A stretch of 64,000 bases of DNA from an uncultured Acidobacteriota bacterium. Lineage in GTDB: Bacteria > Acidobacteriota > Thermoanaerobaculia > UBA5066 > DATFVB01. A program made the position numbers and the translations under genes. The notes under the pieces are model-generated. The model ran no database searches. It was not told where the DNA came from and saw only the letters and a program-made list of their open reading frames with translations. Below, in pieces: positions 56,781 through 64,000 of this stretch; the first letter of the stretch is position 1; each line of letters starts with the position of its first letter. The stretch lies in the NCBI GenBank assembly GCA_963813155.1, contig CAWEYG010000004.1, positions 40,328 to 104,327 of the forward strand, given 5' to 3'.

Positions 56781-57032
56781 ATGGCCGTCGACCCGGAATT
56801 GCTCGCGATCCTGGTCTGCCCGAAGACGAAGGGCCCGCTCGAGCAGGTTTCGCTTCCTTCCGACGTTCGCAAGATGCTCGTGGACCGGTACCGCGAGAAG
56901 TTTCGCGACGAGGAGCCGGTCGTGGAGGTGGGGCTGTTTTCCCCCGAGGCCTCGCTCGTGTACCCGATCGTGTCGGACATCCCCGTGATGCTGATCGACG
57001 AGGCGCTTCCGGCTTCCTCCATCGGAAGGTGA
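56781..57032 (+). CDS. Trm112/YcaR-family small protein
   Basis: It reads LLAILVCPKTKGPL.....YPIVSDIPVMLIDEA and is 83 aa. GGAGGAAA lies upstream. Confidence 0.8.
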   Translation: MAVDPELLAILVCPKTKGPLEQVSLPSDVRKMLVDRYREKFRDEEPVVEVGLFSPEASLVYPIVSDIPVMLIDEALPASSIGR

Positions 57033-57033
57033 T

Positions 57034-58272
57034 TTGAGCCTTTCGTCGCTTCTCGGGCGGCGAGAACCTCTTTCCCGGGCATTGCTGGTGCTTTGCCTGG
57101 CGCTCGCCGCGTCCACCTCGGCCGTCGCCGTCGCGAACATCCTTCTGGGCTTCACGGGCCTCGCCTGGCTCGCCGAGCTGCGCCGCGGCGGACGGTCGCG
57201 CGGGGCGGAGGCGTTCGGCTCGCCGGTCGTCCTCGCTCTCGCGATCTTCGTGCTCCTCCTCGTCGGTTCCGCCGTGTTTTCGATTCATCCCGGGCGAAGC
57301 CTGTTCGCGCTCAAGGGCATCTTCACGCTGCTGCTCCTTCCGCTGTTCGCCGACGTCCTGGAGACGGGCGACGATCTCGCCGCCGTCGCGAACGCGCTCG
57401 GGGTCGCGGCGCTCGTCCTCGCCGCGATCGGCGTCTGGCAGTACGCGCACGGAGCGAACCGGCTCTCGGACCGCATCGAGGCGACGCTTTCGCACTACAT
57501 GACGTTTTCCGGCCTCCTGCTCGTCGTGTGCCTGCTGTTTCTGGGGCGCACCGTCGAGGATCGGTCGGTGCGGGCGGCCGCGCTGGCCGTGACGATCTGC
57601 CTGGGCGCCGCCCTGCTGATGACGTTCACGCGAAACGCGTATGTGGGCTTCATCGCGGCGAGCCTGGTCTTCCTCGCGATTCGCCGGCCTCGATGGATCT
57701 GGACGGCGGCGCCGGTCGCGTTTCTCGTCTATTTTCTCGCTCCCGCCGGAATCCGGCTGCGGATGCTTTCGACGTTCGACCCCTCCGATCCGACGAATCG
57801 GGACCGGCTCGACATGGCGGTGGCCGGTCTTCGAATGATTCGCGATCATCCGGTCTTCGGGCTCGGTCTGACGCTCGTCAAACCGTACTATCCGCTCTAC
57901 CGCGTGCCGAGCTCTCTCCGATTCCGCGTTCCGCATCTCCACGACAACGTTCTGCAGATCGCGGCGGAGTCGGGCCTCTTCGCGGCGGGCGCTTATCTCG
58001 CCCTGCTGGCGTGCTTTTTCGTCGCCTGTCTCCGGCGCCTCCGTTCCGAGCGGGATCCGCGCCTCCGCGGGCTCCTGGCAGGCTCGTTCCTCGCGGTCGC
58101 GGGCATCTCGGTGGCCGGCCTCTTCGAATACAATTTTGGAGACGTCGAAGTCCTGATGACCACCCTCATCGTCATGTCGTTTCCCTTTCTCGCGCGCGTT
58201 CCGGCGGCGCGCCGACTCGGAGGCCGATGTTTCCCGCTGATTCGCTCTTTCCCCGGCCGATCTACCGGGTGA
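57034..58272 (+). CDS. O-antigen ligase/polymerase family membrane protein
   Basis: It is a 412-aa polytopic protein with a Wzy_C-like core (LLMTFTRNAYVGFIAASLVFL ... HLHDNVLQIAAESGL). Confidence 0.8.
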   Translation: MSLSSLLGRREPLSRALLVLCLALAASTSAVAVANILLGFTGLAWLAELRRGGRSRGAEAFGSPVVLALAIFVLLLVGSAVFSIHPGRSLFALKGIFTLLLLPLFADVLETGDDLAAVANALGVAALVLAAIGVWQYAHGANRLSDRIEATLSHYMTFSGLLLVVCLLFLGRTVEDRSVRAAALAVTICLGAALLMTFTRNAYVGFIAASLVFLAIRRPRWIWTAAPVAFLVYFLAPAGIRLRMLSTFDPSDPTNRDRLDMAVAGLRMIRDHPVFGLGLTLVKPYYPLYRVPSSLRFRVPHLHDNVLQIAAESGLFAAGAYLALLACFFVACLRRLRSERDPRLRGLLAGSFLAVAGISVAGLFEYNFGDVEVLMTTLIVMSFPFLARVPAARRLGGRCFPLIRSFPGRSTG

Positions 58273-59457
58273 GCCAGCTCCTCGCCGAGGTGAACACGGC
58301 TCTCTCGGTCGGCTGGCGGCGGGTCGCGGTGTCGGGCGAAGCCTGCGAGGTCCGGCCGTATCCGAGCGGGCACATCTACTTCGCGCTCAAGGACGAGGCC
58401 GCAAAGGTCAATGCCGGTGCTGTGGCGATCGGACGCCGTCCGGCTTCCGTTTCGCCTCGAGGAAGGGATGCAGATCGTCGCGACCGGCACTCTCGGCATC
58501 TATTCCGCGCGCGGCCAGTTCCAGATCCAGGTTTCGGACATCCAGCCGATCGGCGCCGGGGCTCTCGCGATCGCCTTCGAGCAGCTCCGGAAGAAGCTGG
58601 CCGAAGAGGGCCTTTTCGACGAAGCCCGGAAGCGGGCGCTTCCTTCTCTTCCGAAGAGGATCGGCATGGTCACTTCCCCCGATGGCGCCGCAGTTCGCGA
58701 CATCCTTTCCATCCTGAAGCGGCGGCACCCGAATCTGCACATCACGATCTTCCCCGCCCGCGTGCAGGGGGAGGGCGCGGCGGCGGAGGTCGCGGAAGGC
58801 GTCCGGGTCCTCAACCGGCTCGCCCGGTTCGACGTGATCATCGTCGCGCGCGGGGGAGGGTCGGCCGAAGACCTGGCGGCGTTCAACGACGAGCGGCTCG
58901 TCCGCGTCCTCGCGGCCTCCGCGATCCCGACGATTTCCGCGATCGGACACGAGACAGACTGGACCCTGTGCGATTACGTCGCCGATCTCCGAGCTCCGAC
59001 TCCGTCGGCCGCGGCCGAGCTCGTCATCGGAGTCCAGGAGGAGATCTCCCGTCGGCTCGCGCTGGCCCGCCGCTCGCTCTTCCAGACCGCTCGGCGCCGA
59101 ACCTCGGAGCTTCGCGCGAGGGTCTCCCAGGCGCGCCGCGCCGAAGCGCTCGTGCGCTTTCCCTACGTGCTCATGCGGCGACGGGACCGGGTCGAATCCG
59201 CGTCCGAGCGGCTCGAAGAGAGGATGCGGGCGCGGATGGAGCGCTCGCGGTCGCGGCTGTCGAACTCGGCGGACCGGATGGGTGCGCTGGACCCGCTCGC
59301 GGTCCTGCGCCGGGGCTATGCCGTCGTCTACCGGGAGGGCTCGGATTCGCCGCTGCGAAGCTCGCGGGGCGTCGCGCCGGGGACGCCGCTGCGCGTTCGC
59401 CTCGCGGACGGAGACCTTCGCGCGTCGGTGACCGAAAACCGGGAGGAGAAATCGTGA
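58227..59457 (+). CDS. xseA: exodeoxyribonuclease VII large subunit, frame broken once
   Basis: The N-terminal OB-fold (RVSQLLAEVNTALSVGWRRVAVSGEACEVRPYPSGHIYFALKDEAAKVNA) starts at ATG 58227. The remainder is in ORF 58411..59457 (VLWRSDAVRLPF..GVITSPDG-type core, ARGGGSAEDL). An extra base lies at about 58416. Confidence 0.85.
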
Positions 59458-59726
59458 AACCGAAGAAGGATTCGCTCCAGAGCTTCGAGAAATCGCTCGA
59501 GCGGCTCGAGGCGATCGTCGAAAAGCTCGAATCGGAAGATCTCGGGCTGGACGCGTCGCTCGCACTGTTCGAGGAGGGGATCGGCCTTTCGCGGGTCTGC
59601 CGCGAAAAGCTTTCCGATGTCGAGCGGCGCGTCGAGCTGGTGCTGAAGGAGGCCGACGGCGGGTACAAGTCGGCGCCGTTTCCGGCCGGGGACGAGGGCG
59701 AGGCGGAAGGGGAAGACCCCGATTGA
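59454..59726 (+). CDS. xseB: exodeoxyribonuclease VII small subunit
   Basis: It reads FEKSLERLEAIVEKLESEDLGLDASLALFEEGIGLSRVCREKL, with a GTGA overlap start. Confidence 0.85.
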   Translation: MKPKKDSLQSFEKSLERLEAIVEKLESEDLGLDASLALFEEGIGLSRVCREKLSDVERRVELVLKEADGGYKSAPFPAGDEGEAEGEDPD

Positions 59727-60640
59727 GCCCGGATTTTCTGGTCCACTGGCGCGAGAGGATCGACGTCTCGCTCTCCGAAATGCTCGCGCCCGAATCGGAC
59801 TGGCCGCGGAACCTGCACGCGGCGATGCGCTATTCGGTTCTCGCCGGAGGAAAACGCCTGCGCCCGATCCTCGCGCTCGCCGCCGCCCGTGCGTGCGGCG
59901 GGGACCTCGAGGCCGTCCTTCCCGCCGCCTGCGGACTGGAGCTGATCCACACCTATTCGCTCATCCACGACGACCTGCCGGCGCTGGACGACGACGAATG
60001 GCGGCGCGGCGTGCCGACCTGCCATAAGAAGTTCGGGGAGGCGACGGCGATTCTCGCGGGCGACGCGCTCCTGACCGACGGTCTCCGTTGCTTCACGCTC
60101 TTTCCGGCGGACGCGAGGTTCGACTCCGCGAAGATCCGGGCGGCCAATGCGGTGGCCGAGGCGATCGGCACACGGGGCATGATCGGGGGGCAGGTCGAAG
60201 ACATCGAGGCGGAGCGGGAGAGCCCAGCCGGCGAGAGGTCGCTGGCACGGCTGGAGAGAATTCACGCGAACAAGACGGGAAAGCTCATTCGCGCCGCGCT
60301 CGCCGTCGGGGGGATCCTCTCGTTCGCGTCGGAGGAGATTCTCGCGCTGCTGGACCGATACGGGGAGAACCTCGGCCTCGCGTTTCAGATCAAGGACGAT
60401 CTCCTCGACGTGGAATCGACACGCGAGGAGCTCGGGAAGGCGACCGGGAAAGACGAGGCCCACGGAAAGATGACCTTTCCGGGACTGCTCGGCCTCGAAG
60501 AGTCCCGGCAGGCCCTGGCGAAAACGGTCCTGGAAGCCCACGCTCTCGCCCGGATGCTCGAGTCGGGCGCGGGTCCTCTCGGGTCGGGCGAAGGCCCGCT
60601 TGGACAGCTCGCGGAATTCGTTTCGGCGCGGAAGAGTTGA
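59723..60640 (+). CDS. ispA: (2E,6E)-farnesyl diphosphate synthase / polyprenyl synthetase
   Basis: The first Asp-rich motif is LIHDDLPALDDDEWRRG and the second is KDDLLD. Its start forms a TTGA overlap. Confidence 0.9.
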   Translation: MSPDFLVHWRERIDVSLSEMLAPESDWPRNLHAAMRYSVLAGGKRLRPILALAAARACGGDLEAVLPAACGLELIHTYSLIHDDLPALDDDEWRRGVPTCHKKFGEATAILAGDALLTDGLRCFTLFPADARFDSAKIRAANAVAEAIGTRGMIGGQVEDIEAERESPAGERSLARLERIHANKTGKLIRAALAVGGILSFASEEILALLDRYGENLGLAFQIKDDLLDVESTREELGKATGKDEAHGKMTFPGLLGLEESRQALAKTVLEAHALARMLESGAGPLGSGEGPLGQLAEFVSARKS

Positions 60641-60660
60641 GGTCCTCGGGAGAGTGTTCC

Positions 60661-61401
60661 ATGGCCGCATTCTTTCTCCCGGCGCTTCTTTTCTTCGCCC
60701 CGGCCGCTTCCGCTCCCGCGGCGGCCCGAAATGCCCCGGTGAGCGACGACGCGGCTCTCGCCGTGCGGATCGAGTCCGCCTGGCGCGTCCAGCAGCGTTG
60801 GGCGAGCATCGTGAAGAACGGAAACTACGACTATGCGTTCGAGCTGAAGACCTGGAGCTCGGAGCGCTTGAAGGAACAGATCGAGCGCTCCGCGCGCGTG
60901 GAATCGCGCGACGGGGTCTCCCGGACCGAAATTCTCTCCGCGCGAAAAGACGGCCGCGACGATCTTGCGAGCGCGCGGGAGCAGCAGCGCGAGGCGGAAG
61001 GAAAGCGGGCCCGGGGGGACGGAAAATCGAGGGAGTTTCCGTCCCCTTTCGACCCGAAATACCGGGCGGAATACGCACTTGCGGCCGAGATCTCGAGGGA
61101 CGGTCGCCCGGCCGTTTCGTTCCGGCCGCGCCGCCGTCTCGACGGGGCGATCGCGGGAACGGTCGAGTTCGACGGCGAGGGACGGCCCCGCCGGGTCGCG
61201 TTTACGCTCGCCCATGCGCCGATCTTCACGCGGAACCTCCGTTTCACGGTCTCGCTCGACGAGAAGGGAAATCCGGAGCGAGTCGAGTCGAGCGGCGAGG
61301 TCTCCCTGATCGTCTGGAAACGCAGATTCGAGTCGACGCTCGTCGTTCGGAATGTCGTCCCGGCTACTTCCCCTGCTCCGCCTTCCACCGCATCGCCATG
61401 A
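60661..61401 (+). CDS. hypothetical secreted protein
   Basis: ATG 60661 gives the signal peptide MAAFFLPALLFFAPAASAPAAA. No motif was recognised. Its 3' end overlaps the convergent M48 gene by 38 nt. Confidence 0.55.
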   Translation: MAAFFLPALLFFAPAASAPAAARNAPVSDDAALAVRIESAWRVQQRWASIVKNGNYDYAFELKTWSSERLKEQIERSARVESRDGVSRTEILSARKDGRDDLASAREQQREAEGKRARGDGKSREFPSPFDPKYRAEYALAAEISRDGRPAVSFRPRRRLDGAIAGTVEFDGEGRPRRVAFTLAHAPIFTRNLRFTVSLDEKGNPERVESSGEVSLIVWKRRFESTLVVRNVVPATSPAPPSTASP

Positions 61402-62642
61402 GGATCCGGCTGCGGCCGCTCGGGTGGTCGAAGAAGAGGAACTCCTCCAGCTTGCCGGGATCGAGCTTCCGGTACTCGCCGAGCATCAGGTCGACTTTCG
61501 CCTCGGCGTCGGGCTCGCGTGCGGCGTTCAGCCCGAAGAGGTCCGCCTCGGCCTCCTGGGTGCGGATGTAGGTGTTCGTCAGGGGGGTGAGAAGGAAGAA
61601 GTAGATCGAGATCAACAGGACGAAGAGCGGGAGGCCCGCGACGTCCCCGACGCCCGACACTCCCCACGCCGCTCCTTTTGCGGCGACGATCCGATCGAAC
61701 GCCCACCGGACGGCCGCGAAGCCAACGACGATCAGAACGCCGAAAAAGAGAATCCCCTCGTAGACGTGGTGGAGCACGTAGTGCCCCATCTCGTGGCCCA
61801 TGACGGCTTCGATCTCCGGAAGGGTGCAGCGGTTGAGAAGGTTGTCGTTCAAGGTGATTCGCTCCGTACCCAGGAAACCGTTGACGAACGCCGAGACGCG
61901 TTTCGACTGGCGCGAAGCATCCTGCTCGTAGACATCGCGCGCGGTGATTCCGTTCGCGCGGGCGAGCGAAAGGATCGGCTCTCTCACCCTCGCGTCCTCG
62001 AGTTTCTTGTACGTGTTGAAGAGCGGCGCAACGTAGATCGGCGCCACGATCTCTCCGAGGACGAGCAGCAGCATGGCGGTGAGGGAGCCCCAGAGCCACC
62101 AGGTCTTCGGCGCCCGCCGAAGGACGCCGTACAGAACCATGACCGCGAGACCCCCGAACACGACGGCGATCGCGAGTCCCTTGAGCTGGTCGCCCATCCA
62201 GGGCCCGAAGGTCTGATTTGCGAGGCCGTACCGGTGCTCGCGGAAATAGCCTTCGTAGACGGTCAGCGGAAACAGGACGGCGCTCGTGAGAAGGAGATAG
62301 AACACCCAGTAGATTCCCGTCTGCAGCGGCTTTGGCTTAGCGATTCTTTGCCGCGAGGTCGCGCAGGCGCGCGGACAGCCGCGTCTTCAGGAGCAGGAAT
62401 GAGACGAGAGCGCCGGCGAGAAAATCCCAGAGGAGAAGCCAGTACCCGCCTTCGAAATAGGCGTCGGACCTGGCTTTCTGCGCCGGCGGAACCGAGGCGA
62501 GGTACGCGGCCGTCGCGGCCGCCGGGTCCATGCGCGAATCGGCGGCCGAAGCCGCTCCCGGAGCGGAGGACTGCGCTCGTGCCGCGCCGCAGACGGCGAG
62601 CGATGCCGCGAGGGACAGGAAGAGGGTGGCCGCGGTTTTCAT
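61364..62642 (-). CDS. M48-family (Ste24/HtpX-like) zinc metalloprotease, frame broken once
   Basis: ORF 61364..62305 has HEMGH and the downstream E. The N-terminal signal/TM part is ORF 62337..62642, ending ..LRDLAAKNR. It joins ..KPKPLQTGIYWVFYLL after a shift at 62330-62340. Confidence 0.8.
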
Positions 62643-62701
62643 TCAGGTCTCCCTGCCCGCATTGTACGATTGAGAAGAAGAAAGGTTCGTGAACCCCGAA
62701 C

Positions 62702-63691
62702 ATGCGCGCAGCCGTTCAATCCGCTCTCGGCATGATGGAGATCCGCGAAATCGAAGCCCCGGTCGCCGGGCCGGGGGAGCTCGTCGTGCGCGTGCGGGCC
62801 GCTTTGACCTGCGGCACCGACCGCAAGATCCTCGACCGGGGGCACGAGAAGTTCTCGCCCCCGCTCGTGATGGGACACGAGTTTTCGGGAGACGTCGTGG
62901 ACGCGGGGGCGGGCGCGCCGTTTCGCGTCGGCGACGCCGTGATGGGCGGCATTTCGGGGCCCTGCGGGGAATGCGGGGAATGCCGCGGGGGAGCCTCGAA
63001 CCGCTGCGATTCGCCGAAAAGGGAGATCGCCTGGGGCGCCTTCGCGGAGCTCGTGCGGATCCCCGCCCGGGTCGCGGCCCAAAACACGTTTCGAAAGCCG
63101 GTCGCGCTGTCGTATGAGTCGGCCGCGATCGTGGATCCGCTCGCCTGCGTCGTGCGGGGGATTTCCCGGCTCGGGTCCGGCGCCCTCGACGATCTCCTCG
63201 TCGTGGGAGCCGGGGCCGTCGGCCTGTTGTGGGTCGCCGCCGCGCGGGCGGAGGGTGCGAAAAGGGTGTCGGTGATCGGAAAGGGCCGGGAGCGGCTCGA
63301 AATTGCGCGCGGGCTCGGGGCGAGCGTCTTCGAGCTCGGCTCGGCGGAGCCGCCGCCCGCGAAGACCGTCGTCGAATGCGTGGGAACGCCGGAAGCCTGG
63401 ACCGGCGCCTTCGCCCGGGCCGCGCCGGGCGGAACGACGCTGTTTTTTGGCGGGTGCGCGCCGGAGACCCTGGTCGCGCTCCCGGCGGCGAGGCTGCACT
63501 ACGGCGAAGTGACGGCGGCCGGGTCGTTTCATTACCGCCCCGAGGACGCGCGGAAAGCGGCCGATTGGCTCGTCTCCGGCGCGGTCGATCCGAGGCCCCT
63601 GTTCTCGGGCTCGGGCCCGCTTTCGAATCTGCCGCTGTTTTTTGACAGAATGCGCAGAGGAGAAGGCATCAAGTTCGTGGTGAATCCGTGA
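62702..63691 (+). CDS. zinc-dependent medium-chain alcohol/polyol dehydrogenase
   Basis: It contains GHEFSGDV, the structural zinc cluster CGECGECRGGASNRC and VVGAGAVG. Confidence 0.85.
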   Translation: MRAAVQSALGMMEIREIEAPVAGPGELVVRVRAALTCGTDRKILDRGHEKFSPPLVMGHEFSGDVVDAGAGAPFRVGDAVMGGISGPCGECGECRGGASNRCDSPKREIAWGAFAELVRIPARVAAQNTFRKPVALSYESAAIVDPLACVVRGISRLGSGALDDLLVVGAGAVGLLWVAAARAEGAKRVSVIGKGRERLEIARGLGASVFELGSAEPPPAKTVVECVGTPEAWTGAFARAAPGGTTLFFGGCAPETLVALPAARLHYGEVTAAGSFHYRPEDARKAADWLVSGAVDPRPLFSGSGPLSNLPLFFDRMRRGEGIKFVVNP

Positions 63692-64000
63692 TCGTTTATG
63701 CGACCGACGACAAGGGCGTCGCTTCGCTCCAGGAGGCCGACGTTCCGCCGATCGGCCCGGGGGAGGCGCTCGTCAAGGTCGCCGCGTGCGGCGTGTGCAG
63801 CTCCGACACGCTCGAGTGGTATGTCCGCCAGAAATCTCCCGTCGTCCTCGGCCACGAGCCGGCCGGCACCGTCGTCGAAACGGGTCCGGGCGTCACGCAT
63901 CTGGCCGCCGGCGACCGGGTGTTCTTTCACCACCACGCGCCGTGCCTCGGGTGCGTTTTCTGCCGCCGCGGCCGGTACGTGCACTGCGAGACCTGGAAGA
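63688..64000 (+). CDS. zinc-dependent medium-chain alcohol dehydrogenase (3' end cut by the window edge)
   Basis: The GTG at 63688 forms a GTGA overlap. It contains CGVCSSD, GHEPAG and CLGCVFCRRGRYVHC. Confidence 0.8.
   Translation, partial: MIVYATDDKGVASLQEADVPPIGPGEALVKVAACGVCSSDTLEWYVRQKSPVVLGHEPAGTVVETGPGVTHLAAGDRVFFHHHAPCLGCVFCRRGRYVHCETWK

Overview
This is a 64 kb, very GC-rich chromosomal segment that is gene-dense on both strands. The kinase architectures suggest an Acidobacteriota-like organism, but that is inference only. I can support about 60 protein genes, one tRNA-Met(CAT), one IS30-family insertion sequence, several small palindromic repeat elements and a few intrinsic terminators. 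There is no rRNA and no CRISPR array.

Gene content in order:
- a heterodimeric ABC exporter pair
- a BMP-family (nucleoside-type) ABC importer operon
- an acyl-CoA dehydrogenase plus FadB-like beta-oxidation pair
- a FecR/DUF6600-like secreted protein
- a cNMP-binding protein, def, a response regulator and cysS
- three Ser/Thr kinase genes, two with beta-propeller tails and one with a STAND-TPR tail, flanking fabH and an OsmC-like gene
- a 10-gene aromatic amino-acid supraoperon: aroDE-trpEGDCFBA-chorismate mutase-DAHP synthase
- an IS30 element and a YpdA-like flavoprotein
- a RodZ / J-domain / PP2C cluster
- a thiolase plus acyl-CoA ligase pair
- vapBC
- an envelope-glycan cluster: LAB_N, GT2, ArnT-like, GT4 and an O-antigen ligase
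- xseAB-ispA, an M48 protease and two zinc alcohol dehydrogenases

The most interesting signal is a candidate ribosome-mediated attenuator directly upstream of the aromatic supraoperon. It has a near-consensus promoter, an almost leaderless 17-codon peptide MKIGFSPSWYWYNEATR, a chain of mutually exclusive helices and a strong terminator abutting the aroDE start.

Other notable observations:
- About 29 single-base frame breaks fall in 17 otherwise conserved genes. Most are +1 insertions, and they are concentrated in the kinase paralogs.
- A -10-like hexamer sits 6-9 nt upstream of many start codons, which suggests leaderless mRNAs.
- A palindromic repeat element is inserted in frame inside the YpdA-like gene.
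- A repeat-rich region that looks like a gene remnant lies next to the tRNA.

Everything was read by eye from the sequence and the ORF track. No searches or folding programs were run.
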